NCBI RefSeq assembly: GCF_026571515.1
Contig: NW_026865226.1
Location: forward strand, 1-64,000
Direction: 5' to 3'
Length of the DNA: 64,000 bases
Source: Ruditapes philippinarum
Taxonomy: Eukaryota
Shown in pieces: positions 22,860 through 34,174 of the stretch. Within the stretch, counting starts at the first letter, position 1. Each line of letters starts with the position of its first letter. Both the position numbers and the translations under genes were made by a program. The notes below the pieces were generated by a model. That model saw nothing but the letters and a program-made list of their open reading frames with translations. It had not been told where the DNA came from and ran no database searches.

Positions 22860-23640
22860 AGGGGGATGTAGACAGAGGCTCCGTCCGTAACAATGTCATC
22901 AAAGGAATTTGAAAATAACTTGGCACAAATGTTTCTTATAAGACGACGTGTTATGTGAAAATACGTGACTTCTACATCCCATGTCAAGGTCGCACTTGGT
23001 GATTTAAGCTCAGCATAATCTATTTGAGGGTATATGTCATATCTTGCCATACCTCCCACGGATGGATGTTTTAAGTTCATAATTTTCTCATCTATCAAGG
23101 CATTTTGAAATAACTTAGCAGAAATGTTCACAATAAGAAGATGTGTATCGTGCGTAACATCTAGATTCCTATCTTCAAGGTCAAGGTCACACTTTGTGAT
23201 AAAACATCAACATTGTCTGTTTGATCGTACTTTTGGTGTCTGTTCCATTACTTTTCATCTATCAAGGGCTTTTTAAATTTCATAAATGTTGGCAATAATA
23301 AGACATAATACGGTGTGTTATACCCGGATCGTTATCTCCAAGGTTAATGCCACTCTTTAAGGTCAACTCTTAACATGGTCTTATATATGATTTTGAAATT
23401 ACTTGGCACAAATGTTCACAATAATAGGACCATGTGTCATACTCAAAAACATTCAATATCAAGGTCACACTTGAATGCCAAAGCTTAACATAGTTAGTTT
23501 AAAGGTATATTTTATTTTGAAATAACTTGGCACAAATGTTTACAATAATAAGACTACATGTTATGCACAACATCCAGTCCCCTACCTCAAAGATCAAGGT
23601 CACACTTTGGGGTCAAAGCCTAAAATAGTCTATTACAGGG
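22860..23640 (+). mobile_element. Helentron-associated (HINE/pearl-like) element with diverged internal tandem repeats
   Basis: ccgtccgt head, then about 5 units containing gaaataacttggcacaaatgtt...aataag...tcaaggtcacactt. Confidence 0.6.
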
Positions 23641-24355
23641 TATGGTGCTAAGTCAGGTCCATGGAAATAAAATGTCATTTGTGAATTGCCCATATACCTT
23701 GATTGATGACTGAACACAAAATATACTGTGTCACGAACCATATCCATTATCAATTTTGTGTCTGTCACATTTTGTGACTTTGAAATGGTAAAAATAAGTA
23801 CACAAATGCATTTTTGTTGGCACATACACAGGAGTTATTTCATTATATTTCTTAATGAATTTGTTGTAAATTGCATATGCAGATTAAGCATTGATCAAAA
23901 TTCTGCACTGAAAATCAAGATCCATACCTCAATTTTTTGAACTAACACAGTTCTGTGCTTCTTGTAAAACTTCCCTTAGGCGGGGGACATTGGTAACTCT
24001 GTAACCAATTCTTGTTTATGTGTACATGCCCACTGACAATTTACACATAAAGGGCATAATGTAAATTCAACAAAGCGTCCGAAATTTGATAAATTTTTAA
24101 AAAAAATGCCATTTAACAATTTAAGATATAAAACGTTTGTCAGAAGAATGATCTGATTTAATCTTAGAAATATAGAAATAAAACATTGACCAATTTCCAA
24201 GAAATGGAGGCTGAGCGGCAACACCTGACTTAAAATTGAAATTTTCTCAGTTAAATAACTAGCATGTATTTGTTTAGTTAACACTCTATGTTTAAGGTCT
24301 TCTTACCTTATTCTATCACAAATGCATATATGCATTTATACAACAAACTTTGATC

Positions 24356-26015
24356 ATTACAAGGGGAAATAATTTTCAAAACAATGATGTATATTAAAGA
24401 TTCATATTTAATTAAGAATGGGAGTAATGGCTATGGCTCACATAACTTTAAGAATAATTTATGAATTATATTGTAATTTATCTAATAATGAAATAGAAAA
24501 AATAAAGCCCTTAGAACAGATGCTGACATCGCTCCTTTGAAATTACAGTGACAACAAAACATGCTGGTGGCGAATACTGAAAAACGCCACATGCAGATAA
24601 ACAATATCATAATATATAATTAAATATTTTTATCAAACACAAATGTTTGTTATCATACTATTTCATCACAAAAATGTCATTTTACTATTGGTCACTACAC
24701 CATCCTTTTGTTTTCTGTAATACCATCTGTAGATGTTTTCCGTTAAAAATAGTCAAGAATGCGCAGATAAGATTTCAACACTTTTCTTTGTTCATCATGG
24801 AATAATATCAATGTGATACAACAATGCGATTCTCTGAAATTAATAAAATAAACAAACTAAATACTGATAACAATGCATTTAAAATAAAATACAATAAATT
24901 GTCTAAAATAATAATGTTAATACAAATCATAAATATACGATATTACCTTTACAATAATAGACTTAAATCTATGCAAATAATAATGTTATTTTATATTTCC
25001 GCAAATAATTCCGTTTATAATTTAATTCACGGCAAATATTGTAAAGTTCATCATCATTTAAACAATACTGAATTAACTATTGAGATTCATACATAATAAA
25101 TAACTTGCTTACCGATTATGATCTACTTTCCATTGGAAAACATCAATAAACAAAACACATCAACAATTTAAGCACTTCCACCCAAGCCAAACAACATATC
25201 AAAGTAACGGTTAATGACGTCACCGTAAAACAATTTAATGACGTCTTTTTACGGGAAACAAAATAAGACGTTACGTTTGACGGAAATAGTGAAGCTATCT
25301 TAAATTGAAAGAGTCAAACAATGTCTTTAATAGTAAATACTATCGGAAAAATCAAACTTTGAAAATTATGTGATTATAATAAATAAAGATACAATTAAGA
25401 ACTATAATTCTTACACCATCCATTCTGTTCAGCATTTGAAATGGTTCATCCATACATAAATGTGAGCCATGACATGCGGTGTCAGTCTGAAAAGCAAACC
25501 AAAAACACGACAGCAAACACAAGTAGTGTTAATTTACAATTTATACCTCAATGAGGGAAAGGAGGGCAGGTGCCTAAAATAAATGTGTATATAAAACCTG
25601 AACATAAATATTCTACAAAATCTACACCGTCCGAAATTGAACCTTCCCCTATACAAACTGCGAAAGGGAAAGGACGTGCTAAATGTCGGTACGTCATTAG
25701 CTGGTACGTCTTTAGCCGTACCGCAAACAGAAATTTATTCCCCATGTAACCTGTTCAAGCCTTTAGTGCTTTAAAATATTACAAGGGGAAATAATTCACA
25801 AAACAATGATGTATATTAAAGATTCAAATTTATTTAAGAATGGGAGTTATGTCCATGGCTAACATAACTTTAATGATAATTTCTAAATTATATTGTAATT
25901 TATCTAATAATGAAAAAGAAAGAAGATAGTCTTGGGAACAGTTGCTGACTTCGTTCTTTTGAAATTACAGTAACAACAAAAAAGGCTGGTGGCGAATACT
26001 GAAAATCGCCACATG
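24356..26015 (+). repeat. Two diverged about 238-bp direct repeats (24356-24593 and 25778-26015), each ending in a GC hairpin
   Basis: attacaaggggaaataatt...GTGGCGaatactgaaaawCGCCACatg in both copies. Confidence 0.85.
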
Positions 26016-27049
26016 GCTGGAATGTAATTCAATGGAATTTAGCCATATCGCCACCACAACAACATTTATGTTTTGAGCCATGTACCATTTTCTCCGTCTA
26101 AAATAAAGTTTAGGAGTGTTTTTAGAATGAATAAACAGTTACAAAATGTATATACATAAGATAAACGAACAAATTTTCATCAAAGATTCCAGTAATTGTA
26201 TCAGAGTTAAATATTTTGCCTGCTTCAAATCTAAATATAATCTGTGAATGTCTATGACGTTCATGACGACCATTTTCATGACTGTACCTAAAATTACAGT
26301 TTTTTTTTCAAGAAAACCATGAAGTATTTCTAAGACATTGAAATAATTTTATTATGCAAATCAAGCTTTCCATCTATCATCAGCATGTTAAAAAATCCCG
26401 TCTTTTCCTAAGTACACATTTATTTCCACTTATAAGTAAAAATAATTGAGTTTAAACATTACCACTTGAATTTGTTTGAGACATACTACAAAGAAAAACG
26501 CTGTAGAACTGTGCAAAATAAATATTACATTAGAGAGTGTTCCAAAATTTGCTACACAGCTTAATATTAATATGTAGCTTGTTAAAAAAGTGAATAACTA
26601 AAAAAATTTACCACCTTTTACCTTTACCGGTTCCTATTCTATGTGATATAGCTAAAGATGAATATCTGTCACTTCAACTGTAAAAACATCTTTGACTGTA
26701 AATAATTACATAAATTGAATAATATATAATCAGTTCAATAAAACAAACGTTTTTATTTAGTTTTCGAAGTTTAGTCTTCTTCAAAAAAAAAATTGACGTT
26801 TATTTTTTTTTTTTTTTTTTTTTTAATAAATTGAATAAGAAATATTTATTATGTCAAGTATTTAGAGAGGATTAAATTGTTACCATCCATTTGTATTACC
26901 AACCAAGATCCACAACAAGATCAATCACAGAAGTAATATGCAAGCATGAACACATTCCTTTCACTAAAACATTCAAAATATGCAAGCAGGTTTAACATTT
27001 GCATCAAAGTAAAACCATCTGTATCAAAAAGGTTACGAACTTAAGCCAA

Positions 27050-28500
27050 ATAACAGTGTTTCTGGTCAATCAAATAAATCAATGCATATGTTCAAAAAAC
27101 CCAACCAACATACCATGCATGTATTTGCATGAATATCAAATATATATTACCAACAGAGCAAAATGAGCACATGTTTATGACCAATCGAAAATTCAATATA
27201 TCAAAAATCATCCCAAATATGCAATCAATCAGGCAAAACATTTGCATCAAATAGATTATTAACAGAGCAAAATAAGCACCTGTTATGAGCAATCAAATAA
27301 TTCAATATGTTAAATATCATCCCAAATGTGCAATCAATCAGGCAAAATATTTGCATCAAATAGATTACCACCTGGGCCAAATTAGCACCTATTATGGGCA
27401 ATCAAATTATTCAAAATGTCAAATATCATCCCAAATATGCAATCAATCAGGCAAAGACATTTACATTAAAAAGATTACCAACAGAGCAAAATTGGCACCT
27501 GTTATGGGTAATCAAATAATTCAATATGTAAAATATCATCCCAAATACGCAATAAATCAGGTAATACAAGTGCATCAAATAGATTACTATAAGAGCCAAA
27601 ATAAGCACTTCCTACGAGCTATCAAATAAATAATTCATTGTGTCAAATATCATCTCAAACATAGTCAGTCAAGCAAAACATATGCCAACAAAAGCAAAAT
27701 AAGCAAATATATCTTATGGGCAATTAAATAATTCAACATGTTAACATATCATCCCAAATATTCTATCAGGCTACCCATTTGCATCCAATAGATTACAAAC
27801 AGAAGCTAAAAACAAAACAAAACAATTGATTATGGGCAATCAAATAAATCAAAATGTAAAAAATTGTGTCAAATATATAAGCAGGCAGAAATCAGGCAAA
27901 GACATTTACATTAAATAGATTACCAACAGAGCAAAATTAGCACCTGTTATGGGTAATCAAATAATTCAATATGTCAAATATCATCCTAAATACGCAATCA
28001 ATCAGGCAAAATATTTGCATCAAATAGATTACCACCGGGGCCAAATTAGCACCTGTTAATTGGCAATCAAATAATTCAATATGTCAAATATCCCAAATAT
28101 TCAATCAATCAGGCAGATTGCAGAACATTTGCATCAAATATATAGATTACCAACAGGGCCAAATTAGCACCAATCAAAACAATTGATTATGGGCAATCAA
28201 ATAAATCAAAATGTAGAAAAAAAATTTCTCATTAAACTTATTACCATCAAAAGGCAAATAAGTAATTTAGCAACTGTTCATGGGCAATCATATAATTCAA
28301 TGTATCAAATATCATCCCAAGCAAACCATTCATAAAAAAGGTTGCAAACAGAAGCTTTGTATGCAACTGTTTACAGGCAATCAATTAATTCAATGTGTAT
28401 GCGACAAAAACAGAACCAACAAAATCACACAAAGAGGCAAAACATTTGATCAAACTGTTTTCCAATAGAAGCAAAATAAGCAAATATTTATGGACAAACA
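27050..28500. repeat. Satellite array, about 110-bp unit, about 12-13 diverged copies
   Basis: Unit caacagagcaaaataagcacctgttatgggcaatcaaataattcaatatgtcaaatatcatcccaaatatgcaatcaatcaggcaaaacatttgcatcaaatagattac recurs at ~27150, 27260, 27370, 27480... Confidence 0.9.
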
Positions 28501-29141
28501 AATACAAAGAAATATTTGAGAACTGGTATCACAGTAAATGACAAATTTAAATATGCCGGGTCAGCACAACAGACAGTGTCATCATTCAAATTATAGCAAA
28601 TATAAATTATGTCAGTTCCATGAAGAATAACAATTTAACAACAACACTTACTTTATAACAGAATACTAATAGTTATAAAGAACACTTTTCTGGCCAAGCA
28701 AATACTATAAATTGTTAAAGTACTGGAATCAAAATAGATATGTTGAAATAGCATATGCCTAGAGCCCTTATAAACATCACATGCAATAACATTTCCTTTT
28801 CACAATCAGCAACTAAATTGATGTCATGCTAGTTAAAATTATCAAGAAGAACTGCAAAAAAATAAAAATAATAGACTTATGTTATTTAAAAACACTAGTC
28901 TTTCAAATAGCCAACACCTTTACCAAGCTTACAAACTTCAGTCAAATTAGCCTAGCACCCAATTAAGAAATTAAAATCATTCCAAAGTAAACAAACATGC
29001 CTGAATCATTGAAGAAAATAAACATTTAAAAGCAAAATAAAGAATTAAATATTAATGTATGTGCATGGATACTGGAAATAGTCATGTAAAGGCACAATAT
29101 GCATGCTATAATAAGTTAATACATACATCAGTGTTATTACT

Positions 29142-29142
<1 letters not shown>

Positions 29143-29223
<81 letters not shown>
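29143..29223. repeat. (TAT)n microsatellite, about 27 units
   Basis: Perfect trinucleotide run. Confidence 0.98.
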
Positions 29224-30149
29224 CTATTTTTATTTTTTATTCTTTCAGTTTAAAAAAAACATTGAATTGCAATAATCTTGCAAATAAACAAAATATTTTT
29301 CAAAGTCATAAAGGCACATTTGATTCTACAAAAAATGCCAATTATCTGTCAGGGTATTTCTTCACAAATGCCCTCTTTTACTCAACAAAGAACATTTCAA
29401 TGCCTATTTGTTTTCATTGGAAAGGAAAATAAAGAAAATTATACCACCTTTTCCATCTTCACCTCTTGCTCCTTGGGAAAAAGCAGGGATGTAGAACTGT
29501 GATCCAAATCACTGTATGTATATGACTCATACATAACCACTTCAATAATGTTATTATAAACAATATAGCATTATTGTACTAAATACAATTCCAGGCTGGA
29601 TTGTTTTAGCCGCTCATTTGAAAGGATATCCCGTGTCTAAAACAATGGACCGAAAGGAGATCAGACGTCCTTTATATTTCACATTTACTTTTTGCTAAAG
29701 TCCCAGCACATACAAAAACACGCAAACAGTATCAAACAAACACAACGCAACGCAAAACACAGTGTTCAACAATCCAAAGGATTACCGCAAATGTCATCAA
29801 ATTGAAGATCCCATTCATCGCTTGGAACCCAATCGTATTAATAGAAACCATAACTGACGCCATCGTATGGCAATGCTATATACTGCAACGTTAAACTGGA
29901 ATTGCCAAGTACTACAGCAAAACCAAATAACGTCCAAACACATGGACAAACTGTATTATACTTCAGAAAGTAATTTCCTGATCATAGGTCGGCAAGCCCT
30001 GACGGGTATTTCGTCACGAGCAGTAGGACCATAAACAAGGTTTTAAGTTAAAATGTCAAACAAAACAATACAATGTGTAGATCCCATCTCGATCAAAAGA
30101 ATTTAACGGCCCGTATCAACTTATAAAAATGTATCCCCCAAATTCTTAT

Positions 30150-30710
30150 CGATAGACTGCTACAGTTTTAATGATACAATCTTTGAAGTAATATAGGAAG
30201 AATTCCAAACCAATATCATTCAGATTAACTCCGTCTGCCAGGAAACAGCAGTTTTAGCATCAATGTCCGGCTTAACTGTATCACATTTACCTGATGAATG
30301 ATCTTATTGACGGCCTATCCTGTTAACTCGTTTGCGTTTATTTTCAATAGCAAACCCTACCCTGTGGCATTATGCCAGGTCTGCTTCTGTATTATATTTA
30401 CCCAAATAAGTCCTGTTGTGGGGAAAGCTTCACGCAAGTAAAAAATCTCATCCCGGATTACATCTTTCAAAATTTACAACGGTAAATCTGCCAAAAGCAT
30501 AACCTTCGAAACGAACACTAATAATAGATGGTGGTGAAGAAAACAGCACCTGTAATTGATAGAGTGACGGAAGATCTGCCAACGAATGGGTCGAACACCC
30601 CACCAGGCTACTGTAAAATCTTTCATTTCTAAGTTAGTCTTGCCTGTGTTCTTTGCCCGCTGTCCAGCCCATAACGAAATTGAGTCACCCAGGACCAAAG
30701 CATCTAAATA
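30150..30710 (-). mobile_element. Decayed SGNH/GDSL-hydrolase ORF of an Ngaro-type tyrosine-recombinase retrotransposon
   Basis: VLGDSISLWAGQRAKNTGKTNL...VAWWGVR; QVLFSSPPSIISV; AIENKRKRVNRIGRQ; LADGVNLNDIGLEFFL (GDS and DGVHL-like blocks), with stops and frameshifts. Confidence 0.72.
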
Positions 30711-31084
30711 CACAGCATATGATATTGGTTGAATAAGAATCAATATCTAAAAACTAATATCAGGTCTAAACTGAGATGTCGATCTTCGAAAAGCCTTTAT
30801 TACTGATGCAAGGTAACCTTTGGCAGCTAAATCTGTGGCTCTGCCGATTCTAAAGCATTAGGATGTGAAAAGTACGTCAGAACTGCCTAAAACTGCGTTC
30901 CGTGAGGCATGATCAAAACGTTGTCGGTCCAATATACTTCTAGCCACTACACTGACATTTACATAGGATAAGTCGATACCGATATCTTATTGAAAATTAC
31001 TGCCCGAGTTACACGCGGGTTTAAACAGATTAAGTAACATTCAACACACTTCGATCAGTAGAAGAGTGTGTCATTTAGACCAAA

Positions 31085-31465
31085 TGGAAAAAGTTGTAAT
31101 CAGAGACGTTATTAAGTACCTCTGTAAGAAAGGGATGTCCCCCAAGAAAATCCATGAAGACATATGGATACCTTCTTATAGTCCCCTTCTTATAGCACTG
31201 TGAAAAAAAGGCTGCTGAATTGTGAGGGCAAGGAGAGCATTGAAGATGATGAGCTGCCATGACGGCAGAGATACAGGACCTGCGAAGCTAAGCTAGGTAA
31301 GTGGGTATAAGTGCTTCAGTTAAGGCAATTATGTCTTATGTTTATTGCATGTTTCCGCTAGATGGGTCCCCAGACAGTTGACTGACGACCAAACACATTT
31401 CAAGATTCCTTTTGTCTCGCTTCGAGGATGAACCTGGTTTTATCTACCGGAACGTAACTGAGGTC
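31085..31465 (+). mobile_element. Mariner transposase relic
   Basis: MEKVVIRDVIKYLCKKGMSPKKIHED...SPSYSTVKK.AAE...ESIEDDE...VSARWVPRQLTDDQ (WVPHEL-type motif), with deletions. Confidence 0.85.
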
Positions 31466-31556
31466 TGCTTCCGGTGCGAACTTTCTTAATCAAGATAGCT
31501 GAAACCAAGACATAGCAAAACAAATATTATTTGACAGCCAGTGAGATTATTAGCTT

Positions 31557-32540
31557 TAATTATGTCTCACAAAACTTTTGGGAGACATATTGATTTTGCA
31601 TTCGCCGTCTGTCTGTACGCCCGTCCGTCTGTCCGTACGTCTGTCCGAGCAAACATTTTAGGTTAAAGGGCTATATAACGGCAAAAGAACAAAGAGAACA
31701 ATAGGTTCATTCCGTGATCAAACGTTTTTGTGCTAGTAGCCCTCAAGAAAACAAAAGAAAATAACAACAAAAATAGCCCCTTAACCCCAAAATGTTTGAA
31801 CGTCCGTCCGCATGTAGCTTGTCCGGTCTTCACAGTTCAAACAATTGGTGAGATTTTAACAACACTTTACAGGAGTGATCAGTACTGTCCCTAGTTGTGC
31901 ACTCCACCGGCACGCTTCGCTTTGCTGCACAAAATGGCCGCCATAGCTAAAAATAGAACTATATTGTCTAGCCTACACAGGTTAAACTTCTGGTGGGATT
32001 TCAACCAAACTTTACAGGAGTGACCAGTTTAATTCTTAGTTGTGCACATCGCCGGCACGACCCGCTTCACTGCACAAACTGGCCGCCAGAGCTAAAAAAA
32101 GAAAACTATTGTCCAGCCTTCACAGGTTTAACTTCTTGTGGGATTTCAACAAAAATTTATAGGAGTGACCAGCAAAATCACTAGTTGTGCTCACCACAGA
32201 CAATTTACGCTTAGCTGCACGAAATGGCCACCAAAGCTAAAATAGAAACATATTTTCCGGCCTTCACAGGTAACACTACTTCTTGGATTTCAAAATCACC
32301 GGTACGCTCAGCTGCGCTCCACAGAATGGCCACCAAAGTTAAACATAGAAAACTCGGCTTTCACATGTCAAACTGCTCGTGGGATTTCAGCCAAAATTTA
32401 CAGGTTTGATCATTACTCTCGGTAGTTGTGTATATCGCTAAATATAGAAAAATCTTGTACGGCCTACACAGGTCAAATTTCTGGTGGGATTTCAACCAAA
32501 CATTACAGGAGTGGTCAGTATCATCCTTATTCTTGCACAT
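31557..32540 (+). mobile_element. HINE/Helentron-type non-autonomous element with about 150-bp tandem core repeats
   Basis: Terminal stem-loop atgtctc...gagacat; (GTCY)n microsatellite 31607-31647; about 5 units cttcacaggt...gggatttcaaccaaactttacaggagtga... Confidence 0.8.
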
Positions 32541-32546
32541 CAACGG

Positions 32547-32819
32547 GAGTGGGGCGTCCGTGGCCGAGTGGTTATGGTCGTTGACTTCAAACCACTTGCC
32601 CCTCACCGCTATGGGTTTGAGTCCTGACAGCAACTGGATTCTTTCATGTAAGGAAGCTATCCAGCTAGCTTACAGAACGTCGGTGGTTCTACTCAGGGCC
32701 CGTTCGTGCCTGAAATTATGCACGGAGGGGCACCTGAGGTCTTCCCCCATCAGTAAAGCTGGAACGTCGCGATATGACCTATACTGTGTCGATGTGACGT
32801 AAAACCCCATCAAAACAAA
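32547..32819 (+). mobile_element. tRNA-derived SINE with a V-type core (RUDI/BivaV-like)
   Basis: A box GTGGCCGAGTGG, B-box-like GGTTTGAGTCC, core ggaagctatccagctagcttac...gtggttctac...gcacggaggggcacctg, A/C-rich tail; imperfect TSD acatcaacgg/acatcatcgg. Family name from memory. Confidence 0.85.
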
Positions 32820-33488
32820 ACATCATCGGCACATGATGAACCATTCTGAAATCCACAGGTTTTTATGTAGCTTGACCATTCAATGAGTTCTCGACTCTAC
32901 TGGGGCTTGTCGCTTCCATGAACATTTACTGCCTTTACGACGCGGGGTTGAATTGTCTTGACTTTCGATGGTCTCTTGTGCATTTATCAGCATAAAACGC
33001 TCCTCTTGAGGAATTTCAGGTACTGTATTGAATGTATTATTAATCGTATAACACACGTATTATTACACCAGGGAGCACGCAGAAATTAACGCTTATTGTT
33101 ATTAAAGCCATATTATTGTATTAAATGTGCATTATAACAAAAGGGATATAATACTTTTGAATGGGCGTTTTGTGAACTTAGCCAGAGTTTTAGGGAATAA
33201 GTCGATTTGAACTATTGATAATAACTACGTTTAATAACAAACCACTTGAAATTTAATTGAATCGTATAATAAAGTCAGGGAGTGCGCGAAAATGACAAAA
33301 GATTAACAGGGGGGGGGGTGGTATGCTTAATTTTGATCGGTTAAAAAATGATACATTCTGATTGGTAAGTCAAACAGTTTTAAAACAGAATGAATTATGA
33401 AATTTAAAATTGTAAACCAGTCAAATGCTAGCAGGAATTGACCAACTGGCGGATACTTTGGTTGCGTAAGTAAGAAAGAGTTCAGATT

Positions 33489-33567
33489 GAATGAATGAAT
33501 GAATGAATGAATGAATGAATGAATGAATGAATGAATGAATGAATGAATGAATGAATGAATGAATGAA
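33489..33567. repeat. (GAAT)n microsatellite expanded in the left arm only
   Basis: About 19 units here versus about 4 (ATTC) units at 34368-34384. Confidence 0.97.
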
Positions 33568-33849
33568 CGTTATAAAATATGAGTCTAAATGTATATTGAT
33601 TTTCTCGAATTAAAGAACAAAAAATATGATAAAATAAACGTGACAATATTAAAAATTGAAATACAAAATAAAACGGAATAAATGCAATAAATGAAATAAA
33701 ATGAAATGTAATTGTTTAATTTTATTAACGATGCAAGAGCATATTTATTAATATTTTATACGATTCTGTCACAATGGTTTATGATTATTAAGACTAATGA
33801 TACAATTGTTTTGTAAATCTAGTCATTATTATTGTTTGATTATATTTGT

Positions 33850-34174
33850 CATTTAGTCACTATTAAGTGATCATTGTGTCTCTTCTGACGTAGATTAAAT
33901 TCTTTGATAATGTCTTTCATTGTTTGTCCCTGGTATCGTTTTATAACATAGTATGTGCAATCAAACCCACACGTTTGATAGAAAAACTCTGTGGTCGTTT
34001 ATTTTACAAGATATTTTCTTTCTTAAGTATCTTGTCAAAGCCAAATTAGCCAATGCCATAGCTTTCAGGGATATATACAAGTGAGTCAAAATATTCGTAA
34101 GGCCCGTGCTTAGGAAAATAGAATGCCACCCAATGTTCTCCTGGTCAATCACTCGTATCTGTGTTCGAAATCAC
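33850..34174 (-). pseudogene. Adenovirus-like (adenain, peptidase C5) cysteine protease remnant
   Basis: VISNTDTSD*PGEHWVAFYFPKHGPYEYFDSL, then after frameshifts NKRPQSF/LSNV(C)GL/(Y)CTYYVIKRYQGQTMKDII. Confidence 0.8.

Noticed and set aside
27285-27629. 114-aa repeat protein
   Set aside because: The 110-bp unit is not a multiple of 3 and neighbouring units contain stops.
29059-29253. Poly-tyrosine protein
   Set aside because: It is the (TAT)n microsatellite; no splice or coding support.
32551-32630. tRNA genes at 32551, 43503 and 55196
   Set aside because: A/B boxes are followed by SINE bodies and tails (two with TSDs), and no intact cloverleaf forms.
33961-34152. Listed 63-aa ORF as a gene
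   Set aside because: It is mostly the wrong frame; the meaningful signal is the frameshifted adenain-like protease.
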